NCBI GenBank assembly: GCA_950097015.1 | Contig: CATNEN010000037.1 | Coordinates: 1,116,001-1,180,000 of the forward strand | Origin: Macrostomum hystrix | Taxonomy: Eukaryota; Animalia; Platyhelminthes | Direction: 5' to 3' | DNA: 64,000 nucleotides | Shown here: in pieces, positions 1-11,686 of the stretch | Numbering within the stretch: position 1 is the first letter of the stretch | How the letters are laid out: every line of letters starts with the position of its first letter | Position numbers and translations under genes: made by a program | Notes under the pieces: model-generated | Told to the model about the DNA's origin: nothing | The model's database searches: none | Seen by the model: the letters and a program-made list of their open reading frames with translations, nothing else

Positions 1-571
1 ACTCGCGACCAACGCCGCATCCGTCATCCTGGCCAGCTTGGCGGCAGCCGATGCGCCCAGCTGCTTCGGCGAAGTCAGCCTCGACTGCGGCGGCAGCGTC
101 GGCGGCTTCCGCGGCTTCATCAACTGCTTCCTCGCTGCCAACCGGTTGATAGAGTCAGCTCTGGCCAGGCGTACTCGACCAGGCAACGCTGACGAAGGCG
201 GAAAACAGCTTCGGCAGGAGAAGCCGAACGCTTTCGGCATTCGCGGTGCGGCCGGTCTGAAGCAGAACAACCGCGGCGGAGGCGGCGGCGGCAGCGGCGG
301 CGGCAGCGGCGGCTGCTGCATTGGGCCGTGGCTGAAGCTTCGAGTCAGCGGAGTGAGCAGCGAAGGTCGAAATGTCAGTTCTGCCGAGGCATTAGGCGCG
401 GCGTCGTTTGTCATCTCCTGCCGAGGCTGCCTTGACAAATTCGGCGCTGTCTGCAGCTGCGGTGGCGCCGGCAGACGCGACGACAGATGCGGACCGGGCG
501 AGGCGTTGGTTGGAGGACGCGCAGAGAAAGGATTGCAAACTGCCGAAGCGGCCGGAGCTGCGGTGGTCAGG
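1..571 (-). CDS. Partial exon of an unidentified gene, Pro/Ala/Ser-rich low-complexity protein, running off the window edge
   Basis: GC-rich block with a stop-free minus frame (...LTTAAPAASAVCNPF...MQQPPLPPPLPPPPPPRLF...KLARMTDAALVAS) open to base 1; acceptor-like cctcatcccattatcgcag ends at 572. No homology recognised. Confidence 0.5.
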
Positions 572-1379
572 CTGCGATAATGGGATGAGGCGAATAGTTA
601 AAGCACACAAATGACGCCTAGCCCAGGTGTACAGCCATTCGGTACAGCCGCAGCTAACTGTACGGCGTATCCAATCGCTGTACAGCTGTTCAGTCCATGG
701 ACAGGGGAGTAAAATTTCTACATCAGCTGAAGCTGATACCTATTTTAAAGCTGGATGCACTAATGTATTTATTGTCTTGTTCAATCTCAGAGGTGTCCAC
801 TAAGACAACTCAGGGATGTCTTAAGTTAATTCATGGATCCGGAGCCATAGACAAAATCAATTACACAAGCAATTTACCTGAGCCAAGATCTTCCACGGCT
901 GTCGCAACAAGTTTGCACTCTGTACTGAGGCATATAACTCCACAGAAACCTGTGAATTGGATTATCATGCAGCAGAGAAATGATTACTTTGATAGTCGCT
1001 CAACTTGTCCAGTGTAGGTTGTAAATAAATTTATTTATAACGACTGTTTGAGTACTTTGAGCAGTGTTTTAGCCCGGTGGACGGGGGCTAGAGATTGAGA
1101 CAGACAGAGATAACACAGGGTAGGGCTGACACTGGTTGAAAAAAAGCCTAATACGCTCGTAATAAGACGAAAACAGAAAACCGGTTGCCGCCAGTCGCGA
1201 CCGAATTTCGCGCAGGAATACAGAGGCGGCTAAAACAGGCGCTCTGGGAGCTAGAATTTAGTGAACTCTTTGAGAACAGTTCTCTGATTCTAGTTTCAAG
1301 CTGCATTAGTGACCGCCCTGAGGCGGAAAGATAATGCTGATAAGCAAGGACTTAATGAAGAATTAGGATTTGATAATGA

Positions 1380-2520
1380 AAATTGAACTATTAAGAATGA
1401 GAGTAAGCGAATGAAAAATGAAGAGTGAAAGTTACAGAATGAAAAATGAAAAATGAAGAATAAAAAAATAATAATTAAATAGTAAAAACTAAAGAATGAA
1501 GAACGAGAGTTAAAACATGAAGAATGAAGAATGAAGAATGAAAGTTAGAGAATGATGACTGAAGAATAAAGATTGGAGAATGAAAAAAGTGACGAAAAAT
1601 GAAGAATGAAAAATGAAGTGAATGCACAATTGAAAAATGAAGAATGAAAGTTAGAAAATGAAAAATGAAGAATGAAAGTTAGAGAATGAAAAATGAAGAA
1701 TGAAAGTTAGAAAATGAAAAATGAAGAATGAGAGTTAGAAAATGAAGAATGACGAATGAAAGTTAGAAAATTAAAAATGAAGAATGAAAGTTAGAAAATG
1801 AAAAATGAAGAACGAAAGTTAGAAAATGAAAAACGAAGAATGAAAGTTAGAAAATGAAAAATGAAGAATGAAAGTTAAAAAATGAAGAAAGAAGAATGAC
1901 GAATGAAAGTTAGAAAATGAAAAATGAAGAATAAAAGTTAGAAAATGAAAAAAGAAGAATGACGAATGAAAGTTAGAAAATGAAAAATGAAGAATGAAAG
2001 TTAGAAAATGAAAAAAGAAGAATGACGAATGAAAGTTAGAAAATGAAAAATGAAGAATGAAAGTTAAAAAATGAAAAAAGAAGAATGACGAATGAAAGTT
2101 AGAAAATGAAAAACGAAGAATGAAAGTTAGAAAATGAAAAATGAAGAATGAAAGTTAGAAAATGAAAAAAGAAGAATGACGAATGAAAGTTAGAAAATGA
2201 AAAATGAAGAATGAAAGTTAAAAAATGAAAAAAGAAGAATGACGAATGAAAGTTAGAAAATGAAAAATGAAGAAAAAAGAAGAATGACGAATGAAAGTTA
2301 GAAAATGAAAAACGAAGAATGAAAGTTAGAAAATGAAAAATGAAGAATTAAAGTTAGAAAATGAAAAATGAAGAATGAAAGTTAGAAAATGAAAAACGAA
2401 GAATGAAAGTTAGAAAATGAAAAATGAAAGTTAGCGAATGAAAAATGAAAGTTAGCGAATGAAAAATGAAGAATAAAGAATGAAAGTTAGAGAATGAAAA
2501 ATGAAAAATTTAAAATGAAG
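1380..2520. repeat. Degenerate A-rich tandem repeat, about 28 bp unit (gaagaatgaaagttagaaaatgaaaaat)
   Basis: Direct reading of repeated units with gacgaat variants. Confidence 0.9.
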
Positions 2521-2762
2521 GTTTTTTAGAGTGAAAAATGAAGATTGGAGAAAAAAACGAAGAATTAATATTTTAGATGAACAAGTGGCTTTACGGTAAA
2601 AAGGTCGTCACCGATTACGTATTTATACCTCAGACGTGGTGAATAAAAAAACAATTAAAAATTTCCTAAGAGTTTCCTAAAACAGGAAATCCTTTTCACA
2701 TGGCTAACTATTGACAAACGGTTGCAATATAAAATCAAAATCGTTAGCAACTTACAAGAGCA

Positions 2763-2856
2763 AAAGCCAGTTATTTACAAAAGCCAGTTATTTACAAAAG
2801 CCAGTTATTTACAAAAGCCAGTTATTTACAAAAGCCAGTTATTTACAAAAGCCAGT
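2763..2856. repeat. 17-bp tandem repeat (aaaagccagttatttac), about 5 copies
   Basis: Direct reading. Confidence 0.9.
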
Positions 2857-3079
2857 TATCAGCTTTAAAAATTGGTTAAAAGTTACAGTTCAAACCGGTT
2901 TCTACCTGCCCATCAAACCAGTGCAGCCCGCCCAGAAACACAAAATTCGCTGTTTTTTTTAATCAACGAGTTTTTGGTGCTCTCTACCACACTGTGTCTG
3001 AGTCTGGCAATTGTCTTAATTCTAGCTTGTAGCTTGAATGGACGAGAGAAACTGCATTTCGCAAGTGACTGATGACTGT

Positions 3080-4570
3080 TTGTCCTAAGCTGAAGGAAAC
3101 TCTTATCCAAGAGAGTCCTTGTCCTAAGCTGAAGGAAACTCTTGTCCAAGAGAGTCCTTGTCCTAAGCTGAAGGAAACTCTTGTCCAAGAGAGTCCTTGT
3201 CCTAAGCTGAAGGAAACTCTTATCCAAGAGAGTCCTTGTCCTAAGCTGAAGGAAACTCTTGTCCAAGAGAGTCCTTGTCCTAAGCTGAAGGAAACTCTTG
3301 TCCAAGAGAGTCCTTGTCCTAAGCTGAAGGAAACTCTTGTCCAAGAGAGTCCTTGTCCTAAGCTGAAGGAAACTCTTGTCCAAGAGAGTCCTTGTCCTAA
3401 GCTGAAGGAAGCTCTTGTCCAAGAGAGTCCTTGTCCTAAGCTGAAGGAAGCTCTTGTCCAAGAGAGTCCTTGTCCTAAGCTGAAGGAAACTCTTGTCCAA
3501 GAGAGTCCTTGTCCTAAGCTGAAGGAAACTCTTGTCCAAGAGAGTCCTTGTCCTAAGCTGAAGGAAACTCTTGTCCAAGAGAGTCCTTGTCCTAAGCTGA
3601 AGGAAACTCTTGTCCAAGAGAGTCCTTGTCCTAAGCTGAAGGAAACTCTTGTCCAAGAGAGTCCTTGTCCTAAGCTGAAGGAAGCTCTTGTCCAAGAGAG
3701 TCCTTGTCCTAAGCTGAAGGAAACTCTTGTCCAAGAGAGTCCTTGTCCTAAGCTGAAGGAAACTCTTGTCCAAGAGAGTCCTTGTCCTAAGCTGAAGGAA
3801 GCTCTTGTCCAAGAGAGTCCTTGTCCTAAGCTGAAGGAAACTCTTATCCAAGAGAGTCCTTGTCCTAAGCTGAAGGAAACTCTTGTCCAAGAGAGTCCTT
3901 GTCCTAAGCTGAAGGAAACTCTTGTCCAAGAGAGTCCTTGTCCTAAGCTGAAGGAAACTCTTGTCCAAGAGAGTCCTTGTCCTAAGCTGAAGGAAACTCT
4001 TGTCCAAGAGAGTCCTTGTCCTAAGCTGAAGGAAGCTCTTGTCCAAGAGAGTCCTTGTCCTAAGCTGAAGGAAACTCTTGTCCAAGAGAGTCCTTGTCCT
4101 AAGCTGAAGGAAGCTCTTGTCCAAGAGAGTCCTTGTCCTAAGCTGAAGGAAACTCTTGTCCAAGAGAGTCCTTGTCCTAAGCTGAAGGAAACTCTTGTCC
4201 AAGAGAGTCCTTGTCCTAAGCTGAAGGAAACTCTTGTCCAAGAGAGTCCTTGTCCTAAGCTGAAGGAAACTCTTGTCCAAGAGAGTCCTTGTCCTAAGCT
4301 GAAGGAAGCTCTTGTCCAAGAGAGTCCTTGTCCTAAGCTGAAGGAAGCTCTTGTCCAAGAGAGTCCTTGTCCTAAGCTGAAGGAAACTCTTGTCCAAGAG
4401 AGTCCTTGTCCTAAGCTGAAGGAAACTCTTGTCCAAGAGAATTCTTGTCCTAAGCTGAAGGAAACTCTTGTCCAAGAGAGTCCTTGTCCTAAGCTGAAGG
4501 AAACTCTTATCCAAGAGAGTCCTTGTCCTAAGCTGAAGGAAACTCTTGTCCAAGAGAGTCCTTGTCCTAA
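3080..4570. repeat. 39-bp minisatellite (tgtcctaagctgaaggaaactcttgtccaagagagtcct), about 38 copies
   Basis: Highly homogeneous units; 13-aa periodicity in ORFs on both strands. Confidence 0.97.
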
Positions 4571-5156
4571 TCGCTTGAAGGAAACTCTAACTGGCCGAGG
4601 TTTAACAGAGCTTTCTCATTGGCTGGCACGAAGTCGCAAACGGAAATTCCGTGGGTGTGCCATAGCTGTGGTGTAAAAACCGCGGAAAAAACGTGGAAAA
4701 ACCGAAAAACATCTTTCCTAGCACAACCGCTAACGGACACAAAGACTCCATACATAATTTAATTAACTAGATACACTAATCTAAATCATTCAGATAGATG
4801 AGTATCTAGTCTGCTATGATGTAATTCGTCTATTTTTTTAGAAAAAAACCTGTGGGAACTGCAGAGCAGGCATGAATTTCCTTCTCATTTGTTGGTTTTT
4901 TTTACACAGCAGACACCTGATTGGTTGACGCTGCGAACGGGCGAAAATAAAATAAGGAATAACATTTTGACTTTCAAGCTGCAGTTTCCCAACTGTTTTG
5001 AAACCATAGGAAACGACGATATTACAATAGAAACACGTTTCTAGATCCCCGTTTTTGTGCTTTTGCAGTTCAAAATTTGTGAGTTCCATTTTGCTTCATT
5101 TTTTCAGTTAGTCAGAAGAGCTTGTTGAAATGGGTCTAAAATCTGGTAGAACAATC

Positions 5157-5280
5157 TGACATTAGACATTAGACATTAGACATTAGACATACGACATAAG
5201 ACGTTATACATTAGACATGAGACATTAGAAATTAGACATTAGACATTAGACATAAGACATTAGACATTAGACATTAGACA
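5157..5280. repeat. 7-bp tandem repeat (acattag)
   Basis: Direct reading. Confidence 0.85.
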
Positions 5281-5351
5281 TATGATAGTTCTACAAAAAA
5301 GTCTAACAGATTTTTTAAACAATCTGACCAATATCTGAGATATTTTTACAG

Positions 5352-5745
5352 ATTTCCAACATGACCAGACAGATTTCCAACATGACCAGACAGATTTCCA
5401 ACATGACCAGACAGATTTCCAACATGACCAGACAGATTTCCAACATGACCAGACAGATCTTCAATATGACCAGACAGATTTCCAATATGACCAGACAGAT
5501 TTCCAACATGACCAGACAGATTTCCAACATGACCAGACAGATCTTCAACATGACCAGACAGATTTCCAACATGACCAGACAGATTTCCAACATGACCAGA
5601 CAGATTTCCAAAACATGACCAAACAGATTTCCAACATGACCAGACAGATTTCCAACATGACCAGACAGATTTCCAACATGACCAGACAGATTTCCAACAT
5701 GACCAGACAGATTTCCAACATGACTAGACAGATTTTCAATATGAC
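5352..5745. repeat. 21-bp minisatellite (gaccagacagatttccaacat)
   Basis: Direct reading; 7-aa periodic ORFs. Confidence 0.95.
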
Positions 5746-6009
5746 CTGACAGATGAAAAAAATGACTTGACAGAATTCCAAAAATATGTGAGACATTTTC
5801 TAGATAGTCAGGCAAATTCAATAAAAAACTTGACAGAATTCCAAAAATGCTTAGTGCAGAGTGTCCTAAGACTGATAGGTTTTTCTGAAACTCTGACAAT
5901 AATAAAGGTCAGTAATAAAGAGTAATTGACACAGTAATTGTTAACGAAACTCGATCCAAACTCAGGAAAGGTTCATCGTTCAGTCGCCCCAGCAGCTCAG
6001 AGGCAAATC

Positions 6010-8536
6010 ATGCAGTGTAAGTATCCGAATACAAGAAAACTAGATTTTTTACTCCTTTACCGAAATTGAGAAACAAAACCCTGCGAATCGCAGTTCACCA
6101 GCAGGTTCTGTCTCTGTACCCGCTGCTGATGCTGCTGATGCTGATTGGTATGTCCGCAGCCGCTCCGTCCAGCTTTGAACAGAAGCGCTGGCCCGGCGAA
6201 GCGAAGCGCGCCTGGGCTGGCCGCGACAGCGGCCTCGACTCCCTGAAGGCCAGATTCGTGGCGGCTGGCCTGCTACAACCGGGTGCCACCGACGCCGAGC
6301 TGCTCAGACAGTTCCGAGCCTACCTGGACATTATTAGCAAGCCCAGGTGGACAAATCTGCTGTGCATTCATGGTGGTGTCACTCCCCAAATCCGTGGTGT
6401 CACTCCCCAAATCAGTGGTGGCACTCGCCAAAGCCATGGTGTCACTCTCCAAAAATCCATGACGTGACTCCCTAAATCCGTAGTGTCACTCCCCAAATCC
6501 GTAGTGTCACTCCCCAAATCCGTGGTGTCACTCCACAAATCCGTGGTGTCACTCCCCAAATCAGTGGTGGCACTCCCCAAATCCGTAGTTTCACTCCCCA
6601 AATCCGTAGTGTCACTCCCCAAATCCGTAGTGTCACTCCCCAAATCCGTAGTGTCACTCCCCAAATCCGTGGACGTCACTTCCCAAATCCGTAGTGTCAC
6701 TCCCCAAATCCGTAGTGTCACTCCCCAAATCCGTGGACGTCACTCCCAAAATCCGTAGTGTCACTCCCCAAATCCGTAGTGTCACTCCCCAAATCCATAA
6801 ACGTGACTCCTAAAATCCGTGGTGTCACTCCCCAAAACCATGTGTCATTCCCCAAAAACCATGGTTGCAAAATTGTTAAATATCCAGTTGAGATTTTAAG
6901 TTCGTTTGAACTAAAAAATCGATATGAAACTCGAGGCATTTTAAGTGCCTCGGATTCTCAGGGCCTGCTGGGGAAGCCCTATTAGACTGTTAGAAAGCCC
7001 ATAGAGGCTGATTGCATTGAAAGGCAATTTCAGAATTTTACAAATGGAAAGCTGGCTCGCAGGCCGCACGGTCTGGCTTCTCTCACGGGCGCCCTAGTGA
7101 CGCTCTTTTTCAGGCCAACTTTTCAGAAAAACTGAACTTTGTTCGTAATAGGTGACTGTGCTGATTCATTTTGTAGTTAGCCTACGCGTGTTGAAACGAG
7201 GTTGAAACTAACGGCAGCCCCGCCCGCCGCTCAATACGAGCTTAGAAACCATTTTAGACGCAATAATAGAATTAAAAACAATAAAAACTGTCAGCATGGT
7301 CACAGTGAGTAAAAAGCACAATGGTCAGTTGCTGCCGTGCCCTTGGTTTATACTGATCGTGCAGTTTTCAAACTTACAATAGCTGAAAATGTTAGGTAGG
7401 AACTCCAATTGCAACACTGCAGTTTGCGATCGCAGGCGACGCAGTTGTTGACGGGCCAACCACAGTATAGCTCTCGACTACAGGAGAAGACTGCGCTACA
7501 AGAAGAACAGAGATGTCTGACGTAGACATCTACGTAGACACTGACGTAGACACTGACGTAGACACTGACGTAGACACTGACGTAGACACTGACGCCGTCT
7601 TCAATCAGGTTTGTGACCACGCTTGCACGGATGCAGTGGTTGGTGTGATTCCGGCCAGCAAGACCAGCCAGTTCTTTCCTAGTACGAGATTATTGTGATA
7701 CCAGTAGCCGTCAGTATTGTAACCACGTTGGATTCCACCATCGTTGGATTGGCGACGTCCAAGGCGCGTCAAAAAATCATAGCTTGGACCGCTAATATCG
7801 ATCTCTAGTATTGAATCGTAATCCGACATGTCGACGCAGTAAAAAGAATAGGCAGCAAAACAACACTCGACTTCACTAAAGAATGTATTTGCTCTAAAGA
7901 ACGTCAAAGGAATTATTCTTACTCAACACCAAAGTTTTGCCAGATTTTGCCATAGACTAAATATTAATTTAGATATAGACTATATGTTTTTGTTTGCCTA
8001 AGCTATTCATGTTGGGACTCCACCTCCCCCTCCACACCCCGCAAGGAGTGTGGAGGTGTCACTCCCCAAAATCCGTAGTGACAATTACGGATCCGTAGTG
8101 GCAATAGGCTGTACGCTCCGTTGAACCCGCTGTATTTTTCCATCCATAGACATTCTTACCGGGCCGTGAAACCGACTGAAAGCATAGAACTCAGAGCGAT
8201 TTTACCATAGAAGTCTCAGCGGGCCATGAAACGCGTTTCACGCCCGCTAACTACAGCACCAATATGGATAGGCTGCTCGGGCTGAAACGAGGTGATACGC
8301 CTCGGCGCTACGCGCCTCGATGTTTACCTCGTTTCATCCCTCTGCAGCCTATCAATAGTGGTATATTCCTTTGAATTAAAAAAGTGATTAATAAGCATTT
8401 TGAAACCCTGAATAGTTAACTAGCTTCAACTACTATAATTTAATACTATGCTACTAGTACATAGTACATACTACTATTATTACTAATACGCAGATTCGGT
8501 CGCAGTGTCGCAGGTCCGGCGCCACCGCCAACCTGA
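6010..8536 (+). CDS. npf: Neuropeptide F / NPY-family precursor, join(6010..6016,6094..6346,8494..8536), 100 aa
   Basis: ATG CAG T|gtaagt, then cgcag|TT, then a hydrophobic signal peptide (VLSLYPLLMLLMLIGMSAAA), KR/KR/GR sites and mature peptide ...LLRQFRAYLDIISKPRF-GR. Tyr lies 10 residues from the amidated Phe. A phase-2 intron splits the penultimate Arg codon (AG|gtgga ... tactaatacgcag|A TTC GGT CGC), the conserved NPY/NPF intron position. ATTAAA at about 8605. Confidence 0.92.
6375..6850. repeat. 21-bp minisatellite (gtgtcactccccaaatccgta) in NPF intron 2
   Basis: Direct reading; starts about 30 bp after the donor; an isolated unit also occurs near 8057. Confidence 0.95.
7520..7592. repeat. 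12-bp tandem repeat (gtagacactgac)
   Basis: Direct reading. Confidence 0.85.
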
Positions 8537-8969
8537 AGTCTTCAAGCAGACATCCAGGATCTTATTGGACATTGCGATTAACAAACCGACGGATTTAAAC
8601 AATCATTAAAACAGTAAACTGATCGAGAAACAAATACAATGTCTGCGTCTTTGTAACAAGTATAAAGACTAAGTTTTTTCTGCACTTTCTCTTTGACTTT
8701 TCTGAGTTGCTATGCGGTATCAATCACTTAGAGATTGGCACGTTTTTATTACAGGAGTAGAAATTTCGTTCAAATGATTTTTTCTTCTCTATTTTAGCTA
8801 TTGTTGTCTCCGGGTTTAGACAGGGAACAAATTTACTCTTGGTCATGAGTAAATAGAAATATTTCGAACCGTTAGTCGGAGCCTAACCTCGATTTCATCC
8901 TTAAAGTTTTGCTTAACAGAAATATAGAACTTTAAAGTAGATATTTGTAGCGTGTTGAGAAATTCAAGC

Positions 8970-10445
8970 TTTGAGTAGGATATGACCTGCAGTTTGAGTA
9001 GGATATGATCTGCAGTTTGAGTAGGATATGATATGCAGTTTGAAGTAGGATATGACCTGCAGTTTGAGTAGGATATGATCTGCAGTTTGAGTAGGATATG
9101 ACCTGCAGTTTGAGTAGGATATGACCTGCAGTTTGAGTAGGATATGACACGCAGTTTGAGTAGGATATGACCTGCAGTTTGAGTAGGATATGACCTGCAG
9201 TTTGAGTAGGATATGATATGCAGTTTGAAGTAGGATATGACCTGCAGTTTGAGTAGGATATGATCTGCAGTTTGAGTAGGATATGATCTGCAGTTTGAGT
9301 AGGATATGATCTGCAGTTTGAGTAGGATATGACACGCAGTTTGAGTAGGATATGATCTGCAGTTTGAGTAGGATATGATCTGCAGTTTGAGTAGGATATG
9401 ATCTGCAGTTTGAGTAGGATATGATCTGCAGTTTGAGTAGGATATGATCTGCAGTTTGAGTAGGATATGACACGCAGTTTGAGTAAGGATATGACACGCA
9501 GTTTGAGTAGGATATGATCTGCAGTTTGAGTAGGATATGACACGCAGTTTGAGTAGGATATGACCTGCAGTTTGAGTAGGATATGACCTGCAGTTTGAGT
9601 AGGATATGACCTGCAGTTTGAGTAGGATATGATCTGCAGTTTGAGTAGGATATGACCTGCAGTTTGAGTAGGATATGACACGCAGTTTGAGTAGGATATG
9701 ATCTGCAGTTTGAGTAGGATATGACACGCAGTTTGAGTAGGATATGATATGCAGTTTGAGTAGGATATGACCTGCAGTTTGAGTAGGATATGATATGCAG
9801 TTTGAGTAGGATATGACCTGCAGTTTGAGTAGGATATGACACGCAGTTTGAGTAGGATATGACACGCAGTTTGAGTAGGATATGACCTGCAGTTTGAGTA
9901 GGATATGACCTGCAGTTTGAGTAGGATATGACCTGCAGTTTGAGTAGGATATGATCTGCAGTTTGAGTAGGATATGACCTGCAGTTTGAGTAGGATATGA
10001 CACGCAGTTTGAGTAGGATATGACACGCAGTTTGAGTAGGATATGACACGCAGTTTGAGTAGGATATGACCTGCAGTTTGAGTAGGATATGACCTGCAGT
10101 TTGAGTAGGATATGATCTGCAGTTTGAGTAGGATATGACCTGCAGTTTGAGTAGGATATGACACGCAGTTTGAGTAGGATATGATCTGCAGTTTGAGTAG
10201 GATATGACACGCAGTTTGAGTAGGATATGATATGCAGTTTGAGTAGGATATGACCTGCAGTTTGAGTAGGATATGATATGCAGTTTGAGTAGGATATGAC
10301 CTGCAGTTTGAGTAGGATATGACCTGCATTTTGAGTAGGATATGACCTGCAGTTTGAGTAGGATATGACCTGCAGTTTGAGTAGGATATGACCTGCAGTT
10401 TGAGTAAGGATATGACACGCAGTTTGAGTAAGGATATGACACGCA
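8970..10445. repeat. 23-bp minisatellite (tttgagtaggatatgacctgcag), about 64 copies
   Basis: Direct reading; 23-aa periodicity in all three minus frames. Confidence 0.97.
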
Positions 10446-10924
10446 GTATGACCCGAATTCGCTTTTAAGCCACAGAAAAAGATAACAAATTGCATCTACA
10501 GGAAAAAGCAGTTTTTTTAATTATCTTTTTATAGAAATACAGCCAGGAAATCGAGAGAATCGAGAGACTTCCCTTTGTGTCTTCAATAACTTCAAGCAAT
10601 AACAAGAATGCAATTAATGACAGAATGTGTAAATCTTGTATTTAGAGAATCCGCTTTTAAATATTGGATTGCTGGGAGTGGAAAAGTACGAGTTAACAGT
10701 TTTCCCTAATAATTCAACACTTATTTTTCCTGTGCCAAAAATCCCAAATTTTAATCAACTGACAGACTTCTGAGGAATAAACAGTACGGCAAAAACGCCC
10801 CATTACAATCAGAACAAATTGAAATGAAAATACTCCCCTAAATTAGGAACAGATCCGATAAATCTCCCCCTAATGGGAGGACGGATCCCAAAAGCTTGCC
10901 TAATCGAGAAGATCAAATAAAAAA

Positions 10925-11340
10925 TCCCCTAATTAGGAACAGATCCCATGCAACTCCCCTAATTGGGAAAAGATCCCATGCAGCTCCCCTAATTGGGAAA
11001 AGATCCCATGCAACTCCCCTAATTGGGAAAAGATCCCATGCAACTCCCCTAATTCGGAAAAGATCCCATGCAACTCCCCTAATTGGGAACAGATCCCATG
11101 CAACTCCCCTAATTGGGAACAGGTCCCATGCAACTCCCCTAACTGGGAAAAGATACTATGCAACTCCCCTAACTGGGAACAGATCCCATTAAAATCTCCT
11201 AATTGGGAAAAGATACCATGCAACTCCCCTAATTGGGAACAGATCCCATGCAACTCCCCTAACTGGGAACAGATCCCATGCAACTCCCCTAATTGGGAAC
11301 AGATCCCATGCAACTCCCCTAATTGGGAACAGATCCCATT
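10925..11340. repeat. 30-bp minisatellite (aactcccctaattgggaacagatcccatgc)
   Basis: Direct reading; 10-aa periodic ORFs. Confidence 0.93.
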
Positions 11341-11467
11341 AAAATCTCCTTGCGGGGAACAGATCCCACAAAAATCTGTTGCAAGGAATAGATACCATTA
11401 TAATCCCATTCACAGAACATATTCCATAAATGCCGCACCAAGTAACTAATTCCTAACACAGCCAGTC

Positions 11468-11686
11468 TCAGTCCCGCTGCAGGTCCGGCTCAGTCGACAG
11501 CAACGGCAGCAGCAGCCGTTGGCAGGCCTGGTCGCCGCGCTCGCGTCGGTTCTCGCACTTGGCGATGCGAGAGCCGAATTGCATGGCCCGCTTGGGTCGC
11601 ACGGCGGCTTTGCACAGGCCCAGACGCCAAGCACACAGGCGCAGGAGCAGCTTCTCCCCGACTCCGCGATCTTGACTGAGGTCCGC
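11468..11686 (-). CDS. ASNSD1: ASNSD1 exon 11 (terminal): [16 protein letters not shown]...[13 protein letters not shown]...stop
   Basis: acccag|GCG acceptor, phase 0, TGA at 11468. Confidence 0.93.
   Translation of the reverse strand, partial: ADLSQDRGVGEKLLLRLCAWRLGLCKAAVRPKRAMQFGSRIAKCENRRERGDQACQRLLLPLLSTEPDLQRD

Noticed and set aside
38-580. 180-aa plus-strand Gly-rich ORF
   Set aside because: More likely the antisense shadow of the Pro-rich minus-strand exon, which has an acceptor and stays open to the window edge.
3080-4570. CRISPR-like appearance of the regular arrays
   Set aside because: The units are directly adjacent with no unique spacers, there are no cas genes, and the context is eukaryotic.
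7348-7907. Minus-strand ORFs in NPF intron 2, including a Cys-rich segment
   Set aside because: They are short, interrupted by a 12-bp repeat and show no recognisable domain. They may be a decayed element, but I cannot support a call.
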